This document shows, piece by piece, positions 54,055 through 63,461 of a DNA stretch of 64,000 nucleotides. The stretch comes from Patescibacteria group bacterium (GTDB taxonomy: Bacteria > Patescibacteriota > WWE3 > UBA101185 > 2-01-FULL-41-18), in assembly GCA_038064575.1 (NCBI GenBank), contig JBBTST010000003.1:6751-70750 (forward strand). Reading direction: 5' to 3'. The number at the start of each line of letters is the position of its first letter. Positions within the stretch are counted from its first letter, which is position 1. The translations under genes and the position numbers were made by a program. The notes beneath the pieces are model-generated. The model ran no database searches and was not told where the DNA came from. It worked only from the letters and a program-made list of their open reading frames with translations.

Positions 54055-56199
54055 ATGAAATTACCATTTGGCAACAAAAAAAAACAAGCACAACAACTCC
54101 ATGAAATGACCGCCGCAGAAAAGCTTTCTCAGGGCATGGTCTCAATAAGAGACATTATTGCCCCCTCAGCTATTGAAATAGATTTTTCTTATATTAGGAT
54201 TGGAAACACATATTATAGAACTTTATTTATTTCAGGCTACCCCAGATTTGTTGGGGCGGACTGGCTTTCTCCTCTTATTAATTTTGATAAGACTCTTGAT
54301 ATTGCAATGTTTTATTATCCCGTCCAATCCAAGGGCATTCTTGATGATCTCAGAAGAAAGATTGCGGAAATGGAGGCCACAATAAAGGCTGATACAGAAA
54401 AAGGCAAAGTTGTAGACCCTGCCGTTACGGCAGCCTTAGAAGATGCTCGCTCCTTACAGGAGCAACTGGTGAAAGGCATAGAACGCTTTTTTCAATTTTC
54501 CTTTTATATCACAATTCCTGCAGAAACTTTGGAAGAGCTTGAGACCATCACAAAAAAGGTTGAGTCCACTCTTGGGGCCCTGCTTTTAATTTCTAAACAA
54601 GCCTCTCTTCAAATGGAACAGGGCTTTCAGTCCACCATACCAACCTGCCTGGACAAGCTTCTTGTAACAAGAAATATGGACACAACAAGTATTGCCACAA
54701 CCTTCCCGTTTACTTCCTCTGACCTTACTTCAAATGAGGGAATAATGTATGGAGTAAATATGCACAACGGGTCCCTAATAATTTTTGATAGGTTTTCTTT
54801 GGAAAACGCTAACATGGTAGTCTTTGCAAAAGCAGGAGCCGGAAAATCTTTTTTTGTAAAACTTGAGGCACTTAGATCTTTGGTTTTTGGAGCGGAGATT
54901 ATAGTAATTGATCCTGAAGAGGAGTACAGAAGATTAAGTGATGCTGTTGGCGGTAATTACATAGCATTCTCACCCTCCTCCCCTTCAAGAATTAATCCGT
55001 TTGACCTTTCTGGAATTGCGGTGGAGGGGGAGAACGAGCTCGGTCAAAAAATCCTCTCCCTACACACCCTTTTTAAAATAATTTTTGGTTCCCTAACAAG
55101 CACTGAGGAGTCTGTGTTAGATAAAGCCTTGATAGAAACATATAGAATTAAGGGCATTACAACGGAACCAACCACCCAAAGAGACAAAGAGCCACCCATA
55201 ATGGAAGATTTATATAAAGTGCTGCTTGGCACTGAAGAACCGGAAGCCAAATCTTTATCCGGAAGACTGGAAAGATACATAAAAGGCTCCTTGGCCGGAA
55301 TTTTTGACCAAAAATCAAACATAGATTTAACCGGAAGATTTACAGTATTTTCCACAAAAAGCCTTGAAGATGTGTTAAGACCTCTTGCCATTTACATTCT
55401 GCTTGATTTTATCTGGACAAGAATCAAAAGAGATCTTAAAAAAAGAATCCTCATTGTTGATGAGGCCTGGTACCTGATGCAAAACAAAGACTCAGCAACT
55501 TTTATGTTTGGCATTGCAAAAAGATGCAGAAAATACTATCTGGGGCTTACCACAATAACACAGGACGTACAGGACTTTTTATCAAGTGAGTACGGCACCG
55601 CAATCATTACAAACTCTTCCATTCAAGTTCTTCTTAAACAACACCCGGCAGCAATAGACAGACTCGCTGAAGTTTTTTATCTTTCTGAGGGGGAAAAGAG
55701 GCTTTTGCTTTCAGCAGGTGTTGGGGAGGGGCTCTTTTTTGCGGGGAGTAATCACGTAGCAATGAAGGTGGAGGCTTCTGATGAGGAGCACAAACTTATA
55801 ACCACCAATCCGCAAGAGTTATTAAGGCTCAGGGAGAAAGGCACGCTCAAGGCAGATACTGGACCCTCCAAGAATATCTACAAACCAACACCAAGCTTTG
55901 ATAACAAACCAAAACAGGCAACAGTTGGAACAACGGGGTTGCCATCGGTCAACAATCCCAATATCAGCTCAATAAAACCTCCTCAGCCCGGTCTGGCACA
56001 GCCTCAAGCCGGAGATACTTCCCCAAACCAGGGGGCAGGCTTGGCTCTTCCTGATGATCCTTACATTCCTACTAAATCAACTAAGATTGAGGTCCCCGAA
56101 GTAGACACCAGCAGTCCCGCGCCAAAATTTGGTCAAACAGAAAATCCGGAGCAAAAACAGCCGGAAGACAGTGATGAAAAAGTAACAGAAATATTTTAG
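54055..56199 (+). CDS. virB4: VirB4/TrbE/TraC-family type IV secretion ATPase
   Basis: Walker A FAKAGAGKSFF and Walker B/DEAW motif ILIVDEAWYLM. 714 aa. Acidic C-terminal tail. Confidence 0.85.
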   Translation: MKLPFGNKKKQAQQLHEMTAAEKLSQGMVSIRDIIAPSAIEIDFSYIRIGNTYYRTLFISGYPRFVGADWLSPLINFDKTLDIAMFYYPVQSKGILDDLRRKIAEMEATIKADTEKGKVVDPAVTAALEDARSLQEQLVKGIERFFQFSFYITIPAETLEELETITKKVESTLGALLLISKQASLQMEQGFQSTIPTCLDKLLVTRNMDTTSIATTFPFTSSDLTSNEGIMYGVNMHNGSLIIFDRFSLENANMVVFAKAGAGKSFFVKLEALRSLVFGAEIIVIDPEEEYRRLSDAVGGNYIAFSPSSPSRINPFDLSGIAVEGENELGQKILSLHTLFKIIFGSLTSTEESVLDKALIETYRIKGITTEPTTQRDKEPPIMEDLYKVLLGTEEPEAKSLSGRLERYIKGSLAGIFDQKSNIDLTGRFTVFSTKSLEDVLRPLAIYILLDFIWTRIKRDLKKRILIVDEAWYLMQNKDSATFMFGIAKRCRKYYLGLTTITQDVQDFLSSEYGTAIITNSSIQVLLKQHPAAIDRLAEVFYLSEGEKRLLLSAGVGEGLFFAGSNHVAMKVEASDEEHKLITTNPQELLRLREKGTLKADTGPSKNIYKPTPSFDNKPKQATVGTTGLPSVNNPNISSIKPPQPGLAQPQAGDTSPNQGAGLALPDDPYIPTKSTKIEVPEVDTSSPAPKFGQTENPEQKQPEDSDEKVTEIF

Positions 56200-56217
56200 C
56201 CTAGGAAGACCTCAACA

Positions 56218-57351
56218 TTAATACTGCAAAGGCATTATCAGATAAGTATGGTTATCCCTGCCAACAGGCTTTAAAACTCCGGGCATTCCGGGACCTATTT
56301 TATCAGAGCAGGAAAACACAAAACCATCCGCTTTAATGTTTGACAGGGCATCAAGTATATATTTTGAATTAAAAGCAACTTCAATATCTCCACCGTCAAT
56401 TTTTGCATCAACACTACTCCTGTTTTCCCCAGCCTCAGTGCTTGAAGAGGATATATACAAAACCCCATCTTCTCCGCTTACTTTAAATTTGACCACACTT
56501 GTTGCATTTTCTTTGGCAAAAACATTTGCAAGTCTTAAGCCATTGGTAAAATCCTTAGTTAACATCTCTACTCTAATATTTGTTAGGGCAGGATCCGGAA
56601 TGAGTTTTTTGTATTCGGGAAAAGCCCCATCCAAAAGTCTTGAGGAAATCAGCAGATCTGAAGATTTAAAAACAGCAAGATTTCCGTCTTTATTTAAGGA
56701 GATTTCTAAAGGCTCCTTGAGAGAGCTAACCAACCTGGCAACTTCCAGTATGATTTTTGCAGGTATGATAGCAGAAAAGTTTTCTTTCACCGTTTCGTTT
56801 TCTGCAAGCTCAACAACCCTCTCCGCTAGTCTAAACCCATCAACTCCTACCATAAAAAGCTTGCCCCCTTCTGAATAAACAAGGATACCTGTAAGAACGG
56901 GTCTTCCCTCATCCATGGCTGCAGCAAAAGCAACCTCAGACACCACCTCACTAAAAATCTTGGGATCCATAGTCAAATGCACCTCATCCGGAGTATCCGG
57001 AAGGGAAGGAAATTCAGAGGCATCAAGCCCATTAAATTTGGAAGAGGCTTTGTCACACATAATTTTCAAAGAAAAATCATCAGATTCACCACTTACTGTC
57101 TGTGGGGGAAGATTAGAAATAAACTCTGAAAGCAGTCTTGCCGGTATCGTAACACTTCCTTCTTCTTCAACAGAAGCACCAATCCAAGTAGTAATAGAAG
57201 TTTCAAGATTGGTAGCTGAAAGCTTAAGTCTGCCGCCCTCTGTTGAAAGTAATACGTTAGATAAAACGGGCATGGGACCTTTATTGGAAACAGCTTTAGA
57301 AACTGTTGTCAGGGCACGGGACAAGTTTTCTTGAAGACAGGTAAATTTCAT
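56218..57351 (-). CDS. dnaN: DNA polymerase III beta sliding clamp
   Basis: 377 aa, canonical N-terminus (MKFTCLQENLSRAL…PVLSNVLL) and three-domain length. Confidence 0.9.
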   Translation of the reverse strand: MKFTCLQENLSRALTTVSKAVSNKGPMPVLSNVLLSTEGGRLKLSATNLETSITTWIGASVEEEGSVTIPARLLSEFISNLPPQTVSGESDDFSLKIMCDKASSKFNGLDASEFPSLPDTPDEVHLTMDPKIFSEVVSEVAFAAAMDEGRPVLTGILVYSEGGKLFMVGVDGFRLAERVVELAENETVKENFSAIIPAKIILEVARLVSSLKEPLEISLNKDGNLAVFKSSDLLISSRLLDGAFPEYKKLIPDPALTNIRVEMLTKDFTNGLRLANVFAKENATSVVKFKVSGEDGVLYISSSSTEAGENRSSVDAKIDGGDIEVAFNSKYILDALSNIKADGFVFSCSDKIGPGMPGVLKPVGRDNHTYLIMPLQY

Positions 57352-57386
57352 GTTTTCTAAAAGGATTAACTACCAATCCTTTAACT

Positions 57387-57848
57387 TTATTCTTTAGGTT
57401 TTATTACAACTCTTCTACTAAAACCATCTCCAATACTATCTGACGCAATTCCCTCATATTTGGAGGCTTCCAAATGAACAATACGCCTTTCATAAGAAAC
57501 CATTGGGGAAAGTTCTACAGGCTTTAAGGTAAATTTGACTCTATCAACAGCCTTTTTAACTATGTCTTTAATCTTTTCTTCTCTTTCCCTCTTGTAACCG
57601 TTGACATCAACAGAAAGATGCACCCATTTATCAGCTTTTTTGAGAATCATTAAACCAAGAATTGTCTGGAGAGAAGAAAGACCTTCTCCATGATACCCAA
57701 TCACAACCCCAAGGTCATCGCCGGAAAGGGAAACATGAAAACTATCCTCCTCAGTAATATTTTTAAAAACATCTACGGCAGCAACAACTCCAATAAAATA
57801 AAGAATTTTTTCTATCGTTTCTACAATTAATTTTTCTAAATCTGACAT
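57387..57848 (-). CDS. jag: Jag/KhpB-like RNA-binding protein (KH + R3H)
   Basis: R3H-like segment ERRIVHLEA and KH-like GVVIGYHGEGL. Conserved position downstream of yidC. Confidence 0.65.
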   Translation of the reverse strand: MSDLEKLIVETIEKILYFIGVVAAVDVFKNITEEDSFHVSLSGDDLGVVIGYHGEGLSSLQTILGLMILKKADKWVHLSVDVNGYKREREEKIKDIVKKAVDRVKFTLKPVELSPMVSYERRIVHLEASKYEGIASDSIGDGFSRRVVIKPKE

Positions 57849-57849
57849 A

Positions 57850-58638
57850 TCAAACTTTCAAGCCAATTTTTCTTGCAAGAGGTGCAAGACCACCAAGCCC
57901 ACTCACATAATATTGCTGAACTATAGAAAACAGAGTCGTTACTAAAATGTTTAAAACCACTCCGGAGGGCAGATTCAACCCCACAATCAAAAAGACTATA
58001 GGCATGGTATAAAGCATTTGCTCCTGCATATTATACATAACATCATCTGTTGAGTCACTGGTCTTTTTAGCTATTTCTTCTTCTTTTTTTACGTCAGGCA
58101 TCATCATTTTAGAGGTTAAAAATTGAAACAAGGCAGCCAATACCGGAAGAATAAAAAGCGGGTCTTTCTTTGCCAAATCCAAATACAAAAAATTTGAGTT
58201 TATTTTGTGGTTTTCTGGAATTCTCAAAAAATCAGAGTAAAGTCGTGGGTTTAAATCGCCAGAAGAAATGGCGTGTGTTCCAGTTGTAAGATTTATTACT
58301 GAGAAAAGCGCAAAGATTACAAGAATAGGAAAGATTTGGGTCAAACAGCCGGAAGCCGGATTAATCCCAAGAGTCTTGTAAAGCGCCATTTGTTTTTCAG
58401 CAAGCACTTTTTTATCATGTCCATACTTCTTTTTAAGCTTATCAAGCTCAGGCATTATTTCTTTTTGTTTCTGTGCAAGTTTTAAAGAGGAGTGCATGAA
58501 AGGGGCTGATAAGCCCTTAACCAAGAGGGAAAGCGCAATAATAGCCACTCCCAAATTTCCACCAAGCACTCTATAAAAAAAGAGCAAAATATTAAGAAGT
58601 GGCGTTACAAGCACCAAATTCCAAATTGTTGAAATCAT
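57850..58638 (-). CDS. yidC: membrane protein insertase YidC (short form)
   Basis: 262 aa, 5-TM YidC/Oxa1 core. Adjacent to yidD/rnpA. Confidence 0.85.
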   Translation of the reverse strand: MISTIWNLVLVTPLLNILLFFYRVLGGNLGVAIIALSLLVKGLSAPFMHSSLKLAQKQKEIMPELDKLKKKYGHDKKVLAEKQMALYKTLGINPASGCLTQIFPILVIFALFSVINLTTGTHAISSGDLNPRLYSDFLRIPENHKINSNFLYLDLAKKDPLFILPVLAALFQFLTSKMMMPDVKKEEEIAKKTSDSTDDVMYNMQEQMLYTMPIVFLIVGLNLPSGVVLNILVTTLFSIVQQYYVSGLGGLAPLARKIGLKV

Positions 58639-58641
58639 AAA

Positions 58642-58884
58642 TTATAGGAGAGGGCCTGCTGCGTGTTTTGAGAGGGGATTACAGCAAGCAACCCTTTTAG
58701 CTCCTTTCAGTAACCCTGCTAAGATACCATACTTTTCTACCGCCTGATAGGTATACTCAGAACAAGTAGGAACGTGTCTACAAACCCTGAAAGTAAACTG
58801 AGGCAAAAGAAGTCTCACCAGTCCTGTATCAAAGGAAAGATATTTCTGATAAAACTTTATTAATTTGAGAACTAATTTCTTCAT
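58642..58884 (-). CDS. yidD: membrane protein insertion efficiency factor YidD
   Basis: Motif CRHVPTCSEY matches the YidD signature CRFxPTCSxY. Overlaps the rnpA 3' end. Confidence 0.8.
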   Translation of the reverse strand: MKKLVLKLIKFYQKYLSFDTGLVRLLLPQFTFRVCRHVPTCSEYTYQAVEKYGILAGLLKGAKRVACCNPLSKHAAGPLL

Positions 58885-59176
58885 ATGTAGCAGTTAACCC
58901 TTTAAATCGGATGATAAAAATATAATAATAACCTGCCTTAAAACCACCCAAAAGCTTATAAACTATATCAGAAAAGACTCTTTTTAGCTTATGTCTAACT
59001 ACAGCTCTTTTGTCAATCTTGTTTGACACAATGAAACCTATTTTTGGTTTTGCGGAAGGATTCTTAATATTCCTCATCACAGACAGCACAAAAAAGGGTG
59101 TGGAACAGCTCTTCCCATACTTTTTGGCTTTCTCGTAATAATATTTATCTGTTAACCGATTATCCGGCGGAAGCAT
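58829..59176 (-). CDS. rnpA: ribonuclease P protein component
   Basis: 115 aa basic protein with RNR-like motif (KRAVVRHKLKR). Located between rpmH and yidD. Confidence 0.75.
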   Translation of the reverse strand: MLPPDNRLTDKYYYEKAKKYGKSCSTPFFVLSVMRNIKNPSAKPKIGFIVSNKIDKRAVVRHKLKRVFSDIVYKLLGGFKAGYYYIFIIRFKGLTATYEEISSQINKVLSEISFL

Positions 59177-59185
59177 GTAATAAGC

Positions 59186-59338
59186 TTACTTTGATTTTTT
59201 TGCAACCACAACTCTAACTCTTCCTTTTTGTTTTCTTCTTTTAATTATGTTTCTACCGCCCGGGGTTGAATTTCTGGCCATGAACCCATGTTTTCTGATT
59301 CTTTTTCTCTTTTTAGGCTGATATGTTCTTTTTGGCAT
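59186..59338 (-). CDS. rpmH: 50S ribosomal protein L34
   Basis: Hand-translated: [50 protein letters not shown]. 50 aa. Not in the ORF track. Confidence 0.85.
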   Translation of the reverse strand: MPKRTYQPKKRKRIRKHGFMARNSTPGGRNIIKRRKQKGRVRVVVAKKSK

Positions 59339-59513
59339 AACCAGGCTATATTAAACGATCCTCCTACCCCAGTCAATGCGTTGCTGCGCTAGACAGATAC
59401 CCTATAGTGTGATATGATGCACCAATCCTTAGAAACAAGTGTAAAAAGTGTTTTAGACCTGCAAACACACGTTAATCAGGCTTTATTTTTAGCTAACCTA
59501 AAGAAGGACTAAG

Positions 59514-60434
59514 ATGGATAAACTAAAAATTGGTGTTTTAACAGTAATACTGGCTCTTGTATTAACCCCGTTAAAGGCGTGGGCATGGAAGGCTAGTGGG
59601 TCTGCCAAATCTTCCTGCGTTTTGGAAAAAGCCGTTATCAAAGTGTCCTTCTCAAACACAGAATTAAACGGGGAACAAAATGTAATGAATGTGATAGCTA
59701 AAGACTTAGCTTCAACCAAGACCGTTGCTCTTGGCAGCATAGCTCCCGGACAAACAAAAAATGGAGAAATAAAGCTTGATACTTCTAGCACTTCTGCAAA
59801 TTCTGTTCTTTTTGAGCTTTCCTGGATAAACGGCAGAGAAGGAAAAGATAAACGCTTTGCAAACTACTCTTCTGTTGACTGTAAAGCTACTGAAGAGCCC
59901 AATGAGGAACCCAAAGAACCTAAAGAAGAGAAATCAAAAAATGAGAAAGCAGAGCTTAAAGTCAAAAAGATGGTAAAGCTTGACGGTACTAAAGACTATA
60001 AAGAAAACCTCTCAAATGTTTCAGTTGGAGACACGCTTGTTTTTAAGATAGATGTTAAAAATACAGGAGAAAAAGATGTAGTTGATATTGAAGTATTTGA
60101 TGAACTACCTATTGAATTCAAAGTTCTTGACGGAGAGCTTATAAAAGAGCTTGAAAGACTGCCTGACAATCAAAAGTTCAGCTATACCATAAGAGTAAAA
60201 GTAAAAGAGACGGGAAAAGTTTTAAGTAACGATTGCGTAGAAAACAAAGTAAAAGCAAAGGCGGATATTAATGGAAACGGTAGCAGAGAAAAGCTGTCTT
60301 CAGACACAGTCAAAGTGTGTTTTTCCGGAAGTCTTAAGAGGCTTCCAAAAACAGGAACTGAAAGTTTACTTATAGGAAGCCTCATAGGCCTAAGCCTCCT
60401 TACACTGGGCAAACTGCTACAAACAAGGCTTTAA
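59514..60434 (+). CDS. LPXTG cell-wall-anchored surface protein with DUF11-like repeat domain
   Basis: Signal peptide. C-terminal LPKTG, then a hydrophobic stretch and a basic tail (QTRL). Confidence 0.7.
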   Translation: MDKLKIGVLTVILALVLTPLKAWAWKASGSAKSSCVLEKAVIKVSFSNTELNGEQNVMNVIAKDLASTKTVALGSIAPGQTKNGEIKLDTSSTSANSVLFELSWINGREGKDKRFANYSSVDCKATEEPNEEPKEPKEEKSKNEKAELKVKKMVKLDGTKDYKENLSNVSVGDTLVFKIDVKNTGEKDVVDIEVFDELPIEFKVLDGELIKELERLPDNQKFSYTIRVKVKETGKVLSNDCVENKVKAKADINGNGSREKLSSDTVKVCFSGSLKRLPKTGTESLLIGSLIGLSLLTLGKLLQTRL

Positions 60435-60489
60435 CACACATCCCCAAAACTCCTAAAGAGTCACACAAAAGCTTTACTTTAAAAAACCA

Positions 60490-60508
60490 TTGACATTATT
60501 GTGGATAA
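60490..60508 (+). promoter_or_regulatory. putative dnaA promoter (TTGACA -35) with overlapping perfect DnaA box
   Basis: TTGACA at 60490-60495. Perfect box TGTGGATAA (TTATCCACA reversed) at 60500-60508. TTAAAT lies 17 nt after the -35. Confidence 0.5.
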
Positions 60509-60555
60509 CTTTTTAAATTGTGTGAGATTTGCAAAACTTCTGCCCCACAGTAACT

Positions 60556-61911
60556 ATGAATAACCTCGATCTTTTTAAAGCTGCAATGGGAGAACTGGAA
60601 ACAACGCTGTCAGGAGCGGTGTTCAAAACTTTTTTTTCCACTCTTTCTTTTGGCAAGGCGGAAGGAAGAAAAATGGAGATAGTCGCTCCAAGCGACTACG
60701 TAGCAGACCAAATAAATAAACGCTTTCTAATATTTTTAAAAAACAGCATTGATAGACTTGGAAAGGAAAGCATTGACATAACTTTTAGAGTGGAAAAAAA
60801 AGAAGTTCAAACAATCACAGAAGGCTTGCCACTTTTCACAAGTGTGGAAAAAGTTAAACAGACGGATTCCACAAATAATACCCAGCTTTCTCAAAAATAC
60901 ACATTTGAAACGTTTATAGTAGGCCCTAGTAATAGGCTTGCGCATGCTATAGCAACAACTGTTGCTGAAAATCCGGGCAAAATGTACAATCCGTTTTTCT
61001 TATATGCTGGCGTGGGACTTGGAAAAACCCATCTAATCCAAGCAATAGGAAACAGAATTCTTAAAAACCAACCAAAAGCAAAAGTAGTCTATGCAACGGC
61101 CGAGTCGTTTATGAACGAACTTATTGAAACTATTCAGGAAGGCAGAAATAAAAATTACACCGCAAATAAATTTAGAGATAAGTTTAGAAAGGCTGATTTA
61201 CTTTTGATTGATGATATTCAATTCATTGCAGGCAGGGGAGAGGCAACCCAAGAGGAGTTTTTCCACACCTTCAATGCCCTTTATATGTCACAAAAACAGA
61301 TTGTTCTGACCTCAGACAGACCCCCAAAAGAATTAAATAAATTAGACGCAAGAATCACTTCAAGATTTGCAAGCGGTGTAGTTGCGGATATGCAAAACCC
61401 GGACAGTGAAACAAGAGCTGCAATACTAAGAGAAAAAAGAAATGTGCTCAAAGAAGAAATACCCAATGAAGTTGTAGATTTCATAGCAATAAACTTTGAG
61501 TCAAATATCAGAGAGCTTGAAGGCATGTTTTTACAAATAGTTACAGGGGCAAAAGCTGAAGGAGTACAAATAACCAAAGAATATGCAGCAAAGATCATAG
61601 GGCATGTTTTAAAAGAGCCTCCAAAAGTAAATATAAATGACATCCTAAAAACGGTATGCACTTACTACAATATCAAAATCACTGATTTAAAGGGCAAAAG
61701 CAGGGTGAAAGAATTTGTAGTTCCAAGGCAAATCTCAATGTACTTATTAAAGGATTTAACTCAAACACCCTTCATGGTTATTGGAGACATTTTAGGTGGA
61801 AGAGACCATACCACCATTATGCACGGCAATCAAAAGATAGAAAACAATCTTAAGGAAAACCCAAAAATAAAACAAGACGTTTTAAATATAAAAAGGGCAA
61901 TGAGACTTTAA
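60556..61911 (+). CDS. dnaA: chromosomal replication initiator DnaA
   Basis: AAA+ Walker A GVGLGKTHL, Walker B LLLIDDIQF, C-terminal DNA-binding domain. Start taken at MNNLDLFK, since the track start is upstream in-frame. Confidence 0.92.
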   Translation: MNNLDLFKAAMGELETTLSGAVFKTFFSTLSFGKAEGRKMEIVAPSDYVADQINKRFLIFLKNSIDRLGKESIDITFRVEKKEVQTITEGLPLFTSVEKVKQTDSTNNTQLSQKYTFETFIVGPSNRLAHAIATTVAENPGKMYNPFFLYAGVGLGKTHLIQAIGNRILKNQPKAKVVYATAESFMNELIETIQEGRNKNYTANKFRDKFRKADLLLIDDIQFIAGRGEATQEEFFHTFNALYMSQKQIVLTSDRPPKELNKLDARITSRFASGVVADMQNPDSETRAAILREKRNVLKEEIPNEVVDFIAINFESNIRELEGMFLQIVTGAKAEGVQITKEYAAKIIGHVLKEPPKVNINDILKTVCTYYNIKITDLKGKSRVKEFVVPRQISMYLLKDLTQTPFMVIGDILGGRDHTTIMHGNQKIENNLKENPKIKQDVLNIKRAMRL

Positions 61912-62156
61912 AGGATGTGGATAAAGAGCCTCTTTTATCCACAAAGATATACACAGCCTTTTGGGAGTTTTGCACACAAAAAAAGGCTTGGTAGAGGGCT
62001 TGTTCGGGTTTATTTTTAGGCAGGTACAACAAAAACACATCTATAAACAGGAAGCATCATTGAGGTAGGTACTGATACAACTAAAACTGCCCGAAAGTCA
62101 CATATGCACAACACCTATTGTAAGTACTGCTTAGTTTATATATATGCTTTATAGTT
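61912..62156. promoter_or_regulatory. putative oriC core: inverted perfect DnaA boxes plus AT-rich unwinding region
   Basis: TGTGGATAA at 61916-61924 and TTATCCACA at 61935-61943. Degenerate boxes follow. AT-rich stretch GTTTATATATATGCTTTATAGTTATG at the 3' end. Confidence 0.55.
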
Positions 62157-63461
62157 ATGAAAAGACTGTTGATAACTTTAACCTCTTATAAATTTGGCTT
62201 GGTTCTTTTTTTTCTTATCCTTCTTTTCTTTCCCCTAAATTTGTCTAAACATTTTATTCTTAATTCTAGTTTTGTGTCGGGGCTTTTGCTTGATTACCTT
62301 ATTCCCACAATTTATGTATCTGACATTCTTTTATTTTTGGTTGCCTGTTTTTTAGCAGTCAAACTCTTTGTGTTGCATAGAAAAGTAAGCATCTCAAACA
62401 AATTTAAACATCTTTTGTACGTTTTAGTCGGTTACCTTTTGGTTCTTTTTCTAAGAGTGGAAAACATTCAGGCATTTGTCTACAGTTTAAAAACTACACT
62501 TTTCTTAATTTTAGTTTTTTACTTTTCTGTTTTCTTTTCATTTAAGAAAACTTTTAAGGCTTTTTCTTTGGCACTTTCCATAACTATGTTCCTTGAAGCC
62601 CTGCTTGGTATTTTTCAGTTTTTTGGGAGAGGTTCAGTATTTGATAACTTTTTGTTTTTTGGGGAGGTTCCCTATTCCTTTAACACTCTTGGTATTACCA
62701 GGGAAAGTTATTTTGGAGTTATGATGGTTGCCCCCTATGCAACATTTCCCCACCCCAATGTTTTTGGAGGTTTTCTTGTATTTGCTCTGCTAACCACTTT
62801 TTACAGTCTGCTAAAAGAAAAATCTGCAGGCTTGCTGTTTGCAAATTTTCAAATCCTCTCATTAGTGTTTGGTTTTTTTGCACTGCTCCTTACAAAAAGC
62901 ACTTCAGCTTTTTTAGCCCTTATTTTTGGATTTGCTATTTTACTTTTGCTAAAAATTCAAGGGAAAAAAATAGTAGTAAGAGCAGCCCTCTTAGTTTTTA
63001 TTTTAATTAACTTTGTTTCTTTTGAAGCTTTCACTTCTTACCGTTTCAATAATACCCCCTCCTTTTTTAGAAGAGGCGATCTTATCAAAAGTTCCAGCCT
63101 TATGATTAGAGATAATTTTTTATTTGGAGTGGGTACGGCCTCTTTCACAAGAAAACTTGAAGGTTATGGAGGGGTTAGGGGGATTATTAGATTTGTACAC
63201 CCTGTGCACAACATTTTTTTGTTAGTATTTTCTGAGCTTGGGCTGGTGGGTTTTCTGCTTTTTATACTTTTTCTAATTAAAGCTTACATTCACCTTGAAA
63301 ACAGCACCACGCCTTTACTTATTCCTGCCTTGTTTTTTTCAGTTCTTACTTTGGGGGTTTTTGATCATTACCTTTTAACCATACAACAAGGGCTTTTTGT
63401 TTTTTGGTTGACACTGTCTTTGGTGTTATCTACAATGAATTCACATGAAACTAGTTCCTAG
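62157..63461 (+). CDS. polytopic membrane protein (O-antigen ligase/Wzy-like, inference)
   Basis: 434 aa with at least 10 hydrophobic helices. No soluble domain recognised. Confidence 0.4.
   Translation: MKRLLITLTSYKFGLVLFFLILLFFPLNLSKHFILNSSFVSGLLLDYLIPTIYVSDILLFLVACFLAVKLFVLHRKVSISNKFKHLLYVLVGYLLVLFLRVENIQAFVYSLKTTLFLILVFYFSVFFSFKKTFKAFSLALSITMFLEALLGIFQFFGRGSVFDNFLFFGEVPYSFNTLGITRESYFGVMMVAPYATFPHPNVFGGFLVFALLTTFYSLLKEKSAGLLFANFQILSLVFGFFALLLTKSTSAFLALIFGFAILLLLKIQGKKIVVRAALLVFILINFVSFEAFTSYRFNNTPSFFRRGDLIKSSSLMIRDNFLFGVGTASFTRKLEGYGGVRGIIRFVHPVHNIFLLVFSELGLVGFLLFILFLIKAYIHLENSTTPLLIPALFFSVLTLGVFDHYLLTIQQGLFVFWLTLSLVLSTMNSHETSS

Noticed and set aside
56336-57334. Plus-strand ORFs 56336-56878 and 56915-57334
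   Set aside because: Antisense within dnaN. Serine-rich shadow ORFs.
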